Source: a virus
Taxonomy: Duplodnaviria; Caudoviricetes
Reading direction: 5' to 3' (one strand)
DNA: 37,736 nt
IMG/VR virus record: IMGVR_UViG_3300036805_000228
Location: 1 to 37,736 of that record
Under the pieces are notes generated by a model that had not been told where the DNA came from, ran no database searches, and saw only the letters and a list, made by a program, of their open reading frames with translations. Of this stretch, positions 18,201 through 25,673 are shown piece after piece (the stretch's first letter is position 1; every line of letters starts with the position of its first letter). Both the position numbers and the translations under genes were made by a program.

Positions 18201-21200
18201 CGAAGACTACCGGCTGCTGCTGAATCAGGCGCTGAATCACTTACAGCGGGAGATGACCACAGTTACCTTTAGACAGGCGCTCAACGCTTTGCCCGAGGTT
18301 TCACCCGCGGCGCGTGCAATCATAGACGCCTGGAGGCAGCGCAATGATGACCTCGGACGGCAGTCACTTCCGACCACTGGAACGGCCGAATCAGAAAAAG
18401 ACCTCTCCCATACTAGAGGCAATAGCGAAGGCAGCTCGCGCCCTCCGCCAGAAGGGGCAGACGCCGGTCTTCTTTTCACGCCCCAAAGGCAGTCCGCAGA
18501 ACCCCGAGGGCGAGACGAAGTAGGCTTCGGCGCGACCGCCGATGGCATCTCGCCCGAGGCCATGAGTCGCGTGCCCGGCGCCGAGATGGCGCACAACGCT
18601 CGTGCCTACGTCGCCGACCAGACGGAGAAGGTCGCCGGCTCCCGCGAACTGTCCGAGGGTATTGCCAAGCTCGAAAAGCAGTATGAAGCCGACGTCATCC
18701 GCGCCAAGCAGGCTATGGAGTCGATGCCCGGCAAGGCGGCCGACCAGGAAGCCATCTATCACTTCCTCGAAAATCCCGACGAGACGCTGAATCCGTTGCA
18801 GGAGCAGATTCTCTCCGAGACCCTGGCCCCGGTGCAGTACGAATCCGAGCGCATCTGGCAGAAGCTCAACGCTGGCCAGATGCCGGTCGACAACTACGTG
18901 CACCGCATCGTGCGCGAGCGCGGTGGTCTGGTCGACCGCATCGTTCAATCGGGCGGCGTGCGCAAGCTAACCGGCAAAGGCAACATCTTCCGCAAGTCGG
19001 CCGGCGCGCTCAAGCGGCGCACCATGATGGCCATTCAGCATGACACCACCGGCGACCGCCAGGTCGTGTCCATCAAGAGCGGCCGCGTCACGCAGTGGAA
19101 GGATGGCGAGCCGCGCGATCGCGGCGACCTGCGCTCCGGGCTGACCACGCGCCTCGAAGACCTGGATCCGCATCTTGAGGCCGTTGCCAAGAACATTGTC
19201 GACACCGATCAAGCCATCCGCGATCTGCCGCGCAGTGATCGCCAGGCCGCAGCCGATAAGCTGCAGAAACAGATCGACAAACTCGAAGCGACGCTGTCGA
19301 CGGTCGCGGGACGCAAGGCGGAGGCAGGGAAGGCTGGCCAGCTTCCCGGCAATCTGCGTCGGGAAATCGCCTCGCTCACCGCCAAGCGCGACACCGTGCT
19401 TTCCACCCCGCTCGATCGCTACAAACTCAGTAGCCGCGGCGAGGACCAGATGCGCCGGCTGAAAGAGAAGCAGACGACCTACACCAACCAGCGCGCCCGT
19501 CTGCTCGAAAAAATTCCGACCGAGCACATGATGGACAAGCTCTGGAAGGACAAGGACGGCCGGAACTGGCGCATCACCCAGGCGACGACCAAGGAAATCG
19601 AAGCCCATACCGGGCTGCGCTACTACCACAACGCTGCGGCCAGCGTCTTTTCGAACTACCTGGAACTGCGCAAGGCGGAGCGCGCCTTCGACTATCTAGA
19701 GGCCTATAAGAGTTCGCCCGAGTTCGCACGCATCGCTGTCCATCCCTCGACCCAGGTCGCGACCGGCAAAGCAGTCGACGTGCCCGAGGGCTGGCAGACC
19801 ACGACTCTGCCCACCTTCGCCGGCTACTACTTCGAGCCGCACGTCGCCGAGGTCCTCGACCAGTATGCGAAGCAGCTCCAGGCGAAAGGCCCGAGCGTCT
19901 TCGAGAAGGTCGGCGCCTTCCTGCGGACCGCGATCTTCTTCAACCCGCTCATGCACATCCCCAACCTGCTCAGCCATTGGGCGGTGGAGAAGGGTGTCTC
20001 CGGCCTGGTCAACCCGTTCGGCTACGGCCGCAGCCTGCGCGCCCTAGTGAAAGCGGTCGACGCGGTGAGCCATCAGAACCAGGACTTTCTCGATGCGCTC
20101 GATGCCGGCGGGGCCCTGCAATCGCAGAAGTTCGAGACCCAGCAGTTTGCCGACGTCATGATGAAGAAGATTGTCGACGAGATGGAACGCGATCCCTCGA
20201 CACTGGCCAAGCTCGCCCGAGCACTCGGCTACGCGGACCCGCGAAAGCTGATTGCCGCAGTCTACAAATTCTCTGGCCGCGCGACATGGTACTCGAACGA
20301 CATCCTCTTTCTGCAGTCGGCCTACGAGAAGGTGGCCAAAGGCGTGACACTCGAAGCCGCGCTGCGCGAGACGGGCAAACACATCCCGACATACCGGCTG
20401 CCGGCGCGCATCTTCAACTCGAAGGCCATGGCGACGCTGATGTCCAATCCGAACCTCACCATGTTTGGCGCCTACCACTACGGCGCGCTGGCCTCTTACG
20501 GCAAAGCACTGCGCAGCGTCTTCGCTCCCGCGGCCGAAGCCGGAGAAAACGCCGAGGGCGACGGAGTGAACGAAGCCGGGCGGACCTCGACCGAAGAGCG
20601 CGCGCATGGCCTCGACATCATGGCCGCTATCGGGCTGATGACCTTCGTCGCGCTGCCGGCCATCGACCAGGTGTTGAAGCGGGTCACGGGAAACAGTCGC
20701 GCCGAGCTACGGCGCCCCGGTGCCTCGACCTTCGTCTATAACCTGACCAAGCTGATCGAGGGCGAGGAGACCCCGGTCGAGTTCGCTGAGTCGGTCGTTA
20801 CGCCGGCGGTGGGCACCAAGGCCGCGGTCGAGCTGGCCTTCAACCGGGATCTGCGCACCGGCCATAACCTTTACGACCCGCATGCGCCGGCGAAGGAACT
20901 GGGTCGGCAGGCGGGCGAATATGCCGCGTCGCAGGTGGGACCGCTCAACCAGATGCAGCGCGTGCAGCAGGGCAGCATGGACCTGCGAAAGATGCTTTAC
21001 CAGATGGTCGGCGTGGGCTTCCCGCTCCATGGTCCCGAGCGCCGCGCCATCGAAATCAACGCGGCCAAGCTCTCGGCATTGCCGCAAAAAAGCGCGGAGC
21101 GGCGGCATGGCATCCTGCGATCGCGCGCCTTGCACGATGCCTGGGATGGGGACTTCCGTGCGCTCAACAAGCTCGATGCCTCCGACGAGTTCACCGAGAA

Positions 21201-21408
21201 GGAAAAACGGGCTATCTGGAAAGAGTCGATGGAGTCGCCCTTGTTGGCGCAGACCCACAGCATGGGTTACGACGAAGTGCTTTCCGTCTATCACGCCCAC
21301 GGCGCCACGCCGGAGGAGAAGGAATTACTGCGCGAGGTACTCGATCGGAAGCTCGCCAACCTTATCAAGGGTGGCAAGGATGTCGAGGATGAAGAAAAAC
21401 CCGAGTAA
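12241..21408 (+). CDS. Giant polyvalent internal virion protein (3055 aa): FtsK-gamma-like, 2H phosphoesterase, GGDEF, SH3-like, ParB-like and degenerate zincin domains, helical C-terminal region
   Basis: PHITVRYG (His ~aa 888) and PHATIAY (~968); TGLPNRRAF / DADGLKALNDRYGYAAGDQLL / KGDEF (~1106); YVVNGHHR (~1326); REELAH (~1914). Occupies the slot of the largest podoviral ejection protein. Confidence 0.85.
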   Translation: MPDTATITLDPSEVQEASSSSAVPTLDPSEVADNSAPTMSKTEASAALDQYSGNMGNRPVSRPAGTPMPQFTPPSQPLDAASQAFEQNVEALPEQERTEFQNAAPAPKTIAETANYRPQFALTGVHPGNITKPAQPAAPKMQTSAERAAAAVSQDPNVRFGRAAIGTGPAVQTPVGAAVQSAKTGASEMKQGLDMLGPDFAPNSDPKQLAVGYTHLMNGIMTATGPEVTLAMGENPWPFIKGMVTGAITGEASKKLVQAAGGSPEYQELAKTAGFFLPTVAGALTGAQGMLETRGVTTRGTAEAFGGGAKGGFEVDPYTVKVAGRVGRTGIGAEFERFPGAKAQRAANYGQEAAPPPPDPAMQQHQADTAAAVKALTDGAAADANAARQAAGVPPPPPPKPPMPAGMDQGELRPAVVSNLAKMVQIAPPQMRAGMFLEAHAQLAGWLGTQRTVILPDGKMQVIDSPKKAETVAQDILNNEVERHQQAHQDMLDQRAEQQKQAEEQAKEETEQAASQPNEKGEEENPLLNRAKTILAANQDAPPVRQVALLQRQLRVGPGLAQQLHARVTQALQVPGTGNMVGSSTHPVTEEPREQIDQQIASLAGGTVPVVHLPEGTQYRPAIPPGMKMIRVSGDAPGAGMYLYNPAKIQAAAIKEAAKNGTHGDLLGHIAQKEDIPGMKVPAVLQAKAADGTPIQESVVDAADPAMVRAQAEALRERHPGAAVQARHPKAAINERDHALARSATNGGDIFDHIAQQRGKEESHAEVRKQAAGEMGQQPNGPEGTGTGGSSETERGQQGREATRQGTGAEEVATHAQGAEGGRGEPERAGQSGKAAPAKYDYGNTQADIPAGSDAAKALAAARSRIDKADLAPTSHGGNDEGLETEPHITVRYGIKGEDTAGIRAFLEKQAPFEATLGASDAFPPSKSSDGTAPIIAPVESSDLRRIEAELDKHGDFIDRTFPEYKPHATIAYVKPEAIDKYKGMPETKGKTFLVRSISISKRDGSTESVPLHGERRRDTAERRRIAEMSPEEMRRELLTSDKTGLPNRRAFEDAEHAAPAKAIAMSDADGLKALNDRYGYAAGDQLLKAKAEELQAAGVEAYHDKGDEFLYRGESPEELSRKLEVAREGLRNREIEVTMKDGTVRRFKGADFSYGIGKDADAAESKLKQHKAEREASGERARGELRGIQETGPEADRRREGAAEKAPLAKGDRGIRFRDDHGVERTGTVLHTNDRITRLRLGSGAENTVKNADVIGARPIPHAGEVGELHSSQMERSPKDFQYKVSNIGEGGVSNLLKGSEWNRDLSGIVSAWRDPATGKVYVVNGHHRHERAEATGGQNLAVRMLDVDNREQARAVGALQNIAEGRGTAIDAAKFMRDSGMTLEDLEKRGISMGEATAQNGVALARLDPSIFEQVAIGKLSERKGVAIGRATDNAATQEAIVKMIAKAEARGRHVSEGAVQELARFAASAGETEQTVESLFGNRVETQNLALEKADVSAYIQKQLRQEKTIFGAVSSEARAKTLSRTGNRIEAAKNAAEATAASQALEVYDRLSARRGPVDDALNAAAKDIADGKPANNAKQRAYEAVRAAVREALGSLEAEGTGRVQPDTGRGAEAQEEGRLSAQELEDAGQSGISFTPEIQSLFTRDRGPVSPRDATPEQQARAQRLTTSDPKFPYLDRAGVAKLYQQNLRRAVTEPETPTLPGLEQHVEAHTRSAEEVSAEALKQSGAKDISSAAGRMERDAPLFRESGASEQGALFTKPKPPQPGAGQQAINFEVPQGFTEHPVEKRTTYYRDAERAKNFSLNWNLSHARAIVHAAAEGGAPVVELNPHAYQAINKIIQASRNMALPDWGGCYFTADSARRLEAQIEEHSQKALGAGDDLLTALRSGRAPGGGIILLRGDIGQNGAREELAHWWFDQNIQRSGEARNMADALVASPVMQLAIRQLMLQGYPIKQMSDVFLLNEAMAKTLADAGGELMPLRSEDYRLLLNQALNHLQREMTTVTFRQALNALPEVSPAARAIIDAWRQRNDDLGRQSLPTTGTAESEKDLSHTRGNSEGSSRPPPEGADAGLLFTPQRQSAEPRGRDEVGFGATADGISPEAMSRVPGAEMAHNARAYVADQTEKVAGSRELSEGIAKLEKQYEADVIRAKQAMESMPGKAADQEAIYHFLENPDETLNPLQEQILSETLAPVQYESERIWQKLNAGQMPVDNYVHRIVRERGGLVDRIVQSGGVRKLTGKGNIFRKSAGALKRRTMMAIQHDTTGDRQVVSIKSGRVTQWKDGEPRDRGDLRSGLTTRLEDLDPHLEAVAKNIVDTDQAIRDLPRSDRQAAADKLQKQIDKLEATLSTVAGRKAEAGKAGQLPGNLRREIASLTAKRDTVLSTPLDRYKLSSRGEDQMRRLKEKQTTYTNQRARLLEKIPTEHMMDKLWKDKDGRNWRITQATTKEIEAHTGLRYYHNAAASVFSNYLELRKAERAFDYLEAYKSSPEFARIAVHPSTQVATGKAVDVPEGWQTTTLPTFAGYYFEPHVAEVLDQYAKQLQAKGPSVFEKVGAFLRTAIFFNPLMHIPNLLSHWAVEKGVSGLVNPFGYGRSLRALVKAVDAVSHQNQDFLDALDAGGALQSQKFETQQFADVMMKKIVDEMERDPSTLAKLARALGYADPRKLIAAVYKFSGRATWYSNDILFLQSAYEKVAKGVTLEAALRETGKHIPTYRLPARIFNSKAMATLMSNPNLTMFGAYHYGALASYGKALRSVFAPAAEAGENAEGDGVNEAGRTSTEERAHGLDIMAAIGLMTFVALPAIDQVLKRVTGNSRAELRRPGASTFVYNLTKLIEGEETPVEFAESVVTPAVGTKAAVELAFNRDLRTGHNLYDPHAPAKELGRQAGEYAASQVGPLNQMQRVQQGSMDLRKMLYQMVGVGFPLHGPERRAIEINAAKLSALPQKSAERRHGILRSRALHDAWDGDFRALNKLDASDEFTEKEKRAIWKESMESPLLAQTHSMGYDEVLSVYHAHGATPEEKELLREVLDRKLANLIKGGKDVEDEEKPE

Positions 21409-21436
21409 TTCTTGCGCTGTTGCACAATAAGCACGG

Positions 21437-22021
21437 ATGCCCAGACGGAAAAAGACGAAGGCCGCGCCACCGCTGCGGCGCTCGACCGGACCGCCCATCA
21501 GCGAATTAGAGATGGCCTTTTGCCATTACCTGATGGGATCGGACGCCGAGGGCAACCGGCGCACCGCCGAGCAATGCGCGACCATGGCCGGGCTACCACG
21601 GGAGGACGCTCAGACGATTGCCGCCTCGGCCCGGGTGCGCAACTACTGCGATCAGTACACCAGCGAACTGGCGCGGCAGATGGCCTGCCAGGAAGCGATG
21701 CGGCGCGCCGACTACGAGCTGTCGCCGATGGCCATTGCCGGTGAGCTCTTTTACTTGCTGAAGCATGGCCGTGACGAGCGCGCCCGGGTGGCGGCTGGCG
21801 CGAAGCTGCTGGATTGGCTGGGTCCGCTCGACGACCGCATGAAGCGCGCGACCACCGAGGACCTGCGTTACTTTGCCGACCATGGCCATTGGCCGGAAGA
21901 GCGCCTGCTGCGCCAGCCGCGCCCCACTGCGCCAGCGCCGGGAACCACTGCACCCAACCCGGTGATTGACCAAGTGATCGAAGCGAATGCGCCGCGGCCG
22001 GCTATGGAGTTCGACTTTTGA
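21437..22021 (+). CDS. terS: Terminase small subunit (putative)
   Basis: HTH-like 'ELEMAFCHYLMG...TAEQCATMAGL' and 'RVAAGAKLLDWLG'; overlaps the TerL start. Confidence 0.7.
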   Translation: MPRRKKTKAAPPLRRSTGPPISELEMAFCHYLMGSDAEGNRRTAEQCATMAGLPREDAQTIAASARVRNYCDQYTSELARQMACQEAMRRADYELSPMAIAGELFYLLKHGRDERARVAAGAKLLDWLGPLDDRMKRATTEDLRYFADHGHWPEERLLRQPRPTAPAPGTTAPNPVIDQVIEANAPRPAMEFDF

Positions 22022-22776
22022 TTGCCGCAGATACCAACCGGACCAGCCCGCTACTTCGGGCGATGGCTCTGCGCACGCTCTCCCGCCGCACCCAGGAACT
22101 GGAGATTGCGACCGACACGCCGGCCGAAGATACCGAGGCGCACCGCGAACATACGGAGAACCAGGTTCGCCTGGCCATGGCCATTCCTGCCGGGTGGCTG
22201 CTGAAGCACACCAAAACATACAACGAGCACTGGGCCGATGAGGGCATGGCGTCGCCCGAAGAGCCGTTCCCCGACTATCCGTACCTGCACTACACGCTCG
22301 AAGTGCTCTCCGATCCCGAGGAGAAGGTCATCTGCATCGAGAAATCGCGCGACATGATGGCGTCCTGGCTGTGTGTCGGCTTCTTCACCTACATGGCGCA
22401 AAAGCGGCCGCGCACGCAGTGCGTCTTCCAATCGCAGGAAGAGGAGAAGGCCTTCCAGCTTATCGACTACGCGAAACAATTGTGGCGCTCGCAGCCACAA
22501 TATTTGCGGGATGCCTACCCACTCACTCGCGATGTGGACGACTTTGCCAAGGGCGAGCTGGCCTTCCTCCACGGCTCGGAATTGTTTGCCATCGCCGGTG
22601 GCGCGAATAAACTGCGCTCCTATCACCCATGGGGCTATCTCAACGACGAGACGACCTTCCAGGCCGAGGCCGGCAAGAGTTACGCGAACGCGCTCGCGGC
22701 CTGCAACAAGATCGTGCTCAATTCCTCGGCCGGCTCCGCGTGGTACGCAGATTTTCGCAATGACGTAAATGTGTGA
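22018..22776 (+). CDS. terL: Terminase large subunit, N-terminal ATPase part
   Basis: Walker A variant EKSRDMMASW, Walker B GYLNDE, coupling motif LNSSA. Ends shortly after, with no nuclease domain. Confidence 0.85.
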   Translation: MIAADTNRTSPLLRAMALRTLSRRTQELEIATDTPAEDTEAHREHTENQVRLAMAIPAGWLLKHTKTYNEHWADEGMASPEEPFPDYPYLHYTLEVLSDPEEKVICIEKSRDMMASWLCVGFFTYMAQKRPRTQCVFQSQEEEKAFQLIDYAKQLWRSQPQYLRDAYPLTRDVDDFAKGELAFLHGSELFAIAGGANKLRSYHPWGYLNDETTFQAEAGKSYANALAACNKIVLNSSAGSAWYADFRNDVNV

Positions 22777-23302
22777 ATATATAGGGATTATGGGCGGCAG
22801 AACGACGAAGGAATATCAGCGGGCATACGCGAAGCGCCGCAGCGTATACAAGGCGCAGAAGTCCCGGGAGTGGCGCGCTCGGCATCCGGACCCCAAGGCC
22901 TACTCGCGCGCTGCCGGCAAGAAGACCTATCAGCGCAACAAGGACTACTATGCCAAACGTAACCGCGCCTATTACCTGCGGATGATGGCCGAGAATCCTC
23001 GGTACAGTGCGGAGCTTCAGCGAAGATATCCAGAAGCCAGCAAGGTCGCGCGCCAGCGACGCATCGCGCGCATGGCAAACGCGGAGGGCAACATCACGCC
23101 AGCGCAGTGGCGCGCGGTCTGCACCCGTTACGGGAACAAGTGCCTCTGCTGTGGCAGGCGACCGCCCGAGGTCGGACTCACCATGGATCATGTCATCCCG
23201 ATTTCAAAGGGCGGCACTCACACGGAAGACAATATCCAGCCGTTGTGCGGCTCCTGCAACAGCAGGAAGCACACGCGGATTCTGGATTACAGGCCTTTCT
23301 GA
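22769..23302 (+). CDS. HNH endonuclease inserted between the terminase halves
   Basis: CLCC...LTMDHVIPISKGGTHTEDNIQPLCGSCNSRK; basic R/K/Y-rich N-terminus. Alternative start at 22790. Confidence 0.92.
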   Translation: MCEYIGIMGGRTTKEYQRAYAKRRSVYKAQKSREWRARHPDPKAYSRAAGKKTYQRNKDYYAKRNRAYYLRMMAENPRYSAELQRRYPEASKVARQRRIARMANAEGNITPAQWRAVCTRYGNKCLCCGRRPPEVGLTMDHVIPISKGGTHTEDNIQPLCGSCNSRKHTRILDYRPF

Positions 23303-24480
23303 TGAGCCAACGGATGGAGGAAGTTTGGCAAGAGCTCGACGAGCTAGAGCCGCAGTCGATGGTCGAAATTACCCGCGGCCTGGGCATCCGTCGCAAGGCA
23401 CCAGCCACGCTCGGCAGCCGCGGCATTCCGGTGCTCACCCTGCACTATTCGGCCGATCCGCGCCGCGACCCGGAGACGCCCGAGGGCGCGCTATGGGTGC
23501 AGCGGCAGCGTAACGACTACCCGTCGCAAGGTGACTGGGACCGCGAGATGGAAATCGACGACCTGGCCGGTGGTGGCGAGCTGCTGCTCAACCCCCTGCT
23601 CAAGGCCTACGCCAAGCTCATCATCATCACCGACCCGGCGTGGAAGCCGAACCCGCGCTGGGACTGCGTCGAAGGCTTCGATCACGGCGTCTCGAACGCG
23701 ACCGCCATGGTCAAGAAATACATCGACTTCAACGGTGACCGCTATTTATGCGGGGAATACTATAACTGGCGCCGCGACCCGCGCGGCCCGGATCCCGGAT
23801 GGTCGAACGAAATCTGGCAGAACGCGCCCGGCTTGAATGCGCTGCATGCCCTGCGCAAGCCGCGGTGGTGCTTCGCCGACCCGTCGATCTTCAATCAGAA
23901 GAGCCAGGCGCAGAAGGACGGGACCTTCGCCTTCGTGAATACCATCTATCGCGAGAATGGCGTCAAGTTCCTGCAATCCTACCCGGAGTCATTGACCCGC
24001 AGCGACGAGAGTTACATGACCCGGCTACGCGAGCACTGGGGTGGCCTGGATGTCGACGGTATGCGGCCAACGCTCTACATCGTCTGCCGCAACGAAACCG
24101 GATTCCGCCAGCCGGGCTTCCATCCCTACGACTGCCCGAATTTGCTTTGGGAGTGGCGGCGTCGCCGGCGTGTGGAATTGACCGACCGGCAATTGCTCAC
24201 GCGCAACCAGTCCGACCAGGTGGTGCAGAAGGACAATCACGCCTGCGACGCGGACAAGTATTGCGAGATGCCCTTGCCGCGACCGACGCAAAAGAGCGTT
24301 GAAGAGATATTCCAAGACACCATCGTCGGACCGACGAACAAGGCTCTCGCCGAGCGCGGGCAGCCACCGCTCAATCCAATGTCGCAGGCGATCGCGCAGC
24401 AGCGGTTCCTGGCGCTCGGCGCCGGGCAGAAGAAATCCAAGCAGGTCTCGATGCGGAACAAGGCGCGGATGCTACGGTAG
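23302..24480 (+). CDS. terL: Terminase large subunit, C-terminal part (lid plus RNase H-like nuclease; 392 aa)
   Basis: Start reassigned to ATG 23302 (TGATG overlap). LHYSADP, WDREMEID, GFDHG, ADPS, KDNHACDA terminase motifs. Confidence 0.85.
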   Translation: MSQRMEEVWQELDELEPQSMVEITRGLGIRRKAPATLGSRGIPVLTLHYSADPRRDPETPEGALWVQRQRNDYPSQGDWDREMEIDDLAGGGELLLNPLLKAYAKLIIITDPAWKPNPRWDCVEGFDHGVSNATAMVKKYIDFNGDRYLCGEYYNWRRDPRGPDPGWSNEIWQNAPGLNALHALRKPRWCFADPSIFNQKSQAQKDGTFAFVNTIYRENGVKFLQSYPESLTRSDESYMTRLREHWGGLDVDGMRPTLYIVCRNETGFRQPGFHPYDCPNLLWEWRRRRRVELTDRQLLTRNQSDQVVQKDNHACDADKYCEMPLPRPTQKSVEEIFQDTIVGPTNKALAERGQPPLNPMSQAIAQQRFLALGAGQKKSKQVSMRNKARMLR

Positions 24481-24723
24481 TCGCTGCCGGGAAATGCCAC
24501 CATACGTATCGGCAAGGTGCGACGGCCTCTCCATCCAGTAGGGCAAGCCGTACCAAAACGGCGCTGCGCCCCATTCCACTTTCCTCCATTTGTTGATGTC
24601 AAGATAATCGACGCGCGGTTCAAGGGCGACAATCTCCGGCGCGACCGCAGACAGCGCGCGCACGGGCAGCACCTTCGCGGCGAGAACTGCGCTGGCGAGT
24701 TTGAAGAAATTGCGGCGGTTCAT
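24472..24723 (-). CDS. Small protein with a Tat (twin-arginine) signal and a capsid-like peptide (83 aa)
   Basis: MNRRNFFK, hydrophobic stretch, VRA cleavage-like site. RVDYLDINKWRKVEWGAAPFWY aligns without gaps to capsid residues encoded at 259-324. Confidence 0.75.
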   Translation of the reverse strand: MNRRNFFKLASAVLAAKVLPVRALSAVAPEIVALEPRVDYLDINKWRKVEWGAAPFWYGLPYWMERPSHLADTYGGISRQRLP

Positions 24724-24747
24724 GGTCGCCATCATTGCACACACAGA

Positions 24748-24780
24748 GGAAAGCCCGGCTTGCGCCGGGCCTTCCCTTTT
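24748..24780. terminator. Probable bidirectional intrinsic terminator at the strand junction
   Basis: 12-bp stem GGAAGGCCCGGC-GCAA-GCCGGGCTTTCC on the - strand (one G-U pair, GNRA loop); CTTTT tail on the + strand. Confidence 0.7.
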
Positions 24781-24803
24781 GCCACAGATGCAGTGCTCAC
24801 AGC

Positions 24804-25601
24804 TTACTGTGAGTGCTGTTCTCCCTGCTGCGCCTGTTCGCCCTCGGCGCCTTGCTGTCCCTGTTCACCCTCGGCGCCCGACTCGGCAGCGCCTTCGACC
24901 GGTGCAGCACCGGCATCGCCTTCCGGCAGACCGCGTTGTCGGCCGGCCGCTTGTGCCTGTTTAAGTAGCGCCTGAGAGCGAGCGGTCGGAGGATTGATGC
25001 GCTCGGCCACCACGCTGGCAGGATTCTCCGGCGTAGGCTTGGCCATGCCGCCTTGGGCAACTACGTCGGTGGCAGTGGCTCCCTGCGCCGGCACCAGCGA
25101 GTCTTTGACCGGACCGCGACCAGCCTGCCCGTGCGACTCGCGCTGTGCCAGAGCGGCAGCGACGGTTCCCGCAGCCTCGGTGTCGAGCACCATGGCCGGC
25201 AGGTCGATCGCCTCGGCCGCATCGGGCAGCAGGTCCGTCCAGTAGACCGATTCTCGTCCCGCCGTCACGCTGGCTGCGGTACCGTGATGCACCGGACCGG
25301 TTCGGGTGAACGCCTTCGACCAATCCGGGCTGCCCAGCATCCGGCGGTCGGGATTCGACAGATAGACGACGGTGAGATAGGGTTCGCCACTCTCGCCCAG
25401 ACGTTGCTCGTCGAGCGAGGAACTGCCGGTGACATAGGCCAGCCGGGCCATGGCCACGCCGTTCTCAATGACGTGAACGCGCACCACGTCGCCAACCTGC
25501 GGTGTCACGGGAGCGCTCTGTTCCGGTTGTGGGGTAAGTTCGGGTTCCGTAGGCTCGTTCGGAGGCGGCTGCTGGGGATCGACAGTTAGCGTGTTTTCCA
25601 T
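24804..25601 (-). CDS. Hypothetical protein (265 aa) with low-complexity termini
   Basis: GAAAGGA SD; globular core 'PQVGDVVRVH...RLAYVT' flanked by P/E/Q-rich tails. Confidence 0.75.
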   Translation of the reverse strand: MENTLTVDPQQPPPNEPTEPELTPQPEQSAPVTPQVGDVVRVHVIENGVAMARLAYVTGSSSLDEQRLGESGEPYLTVVYLSNPDRRMLGSPDWSKAFTRTGPVHHGTAASVTAGRESVYWTDLLPDAAEAIDLPAMVLDTEAAGTVAAALAQRESHGQAGRGPVKDSLVPAQGATATDVVAQGGMAKPTPENPASVVAERINPPTARSQALLKQAQAAGRQRGLPEGDAGAAPVEGAAESGAEGEQGQQGAEGEQAQQGEQHSQ

Positions 25602-25673
25602 TTTTGCGTTAGTCCTTTCAGGATTGAGCCGTCAAGCTCGCTGCCCATGTTAGATGGTTCCATGGGCCACCGG

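Noticed and set aside
697-22626. Numerous long antisense ORFs (e.g. 1324..2394, 6397..7734, 14137..15411)
   Set aside because: Expected shadows of GC-rich coding sequence; no motifs or SD sites, and they fully overlap better-supported genes.
23107-23301. Upstream extension of the TerL C-terminal ORF, considered as a frameshift route through the HNH
   Set aside because: The extension overlaps the HNH catalytic core and has no terminase-like sequence; TGATG coupling at 23302 is simpler. No slippery site was identified.
1-24480. Stop-codon reassignment (many late genes end in TAG; TAG-ATG junctions at 12238 and 33924)
   Set aside because: Genes are full length under the standard code, most TAGs are followed by an SD and a new start in another frame, and no suppressor tRNA was seen.
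25626-25667. Small hairpins between dnaB and the 265-aa gene
   Set aside because: Stems of 7 bp or less with no U-tract could arise by chance at this GC content.
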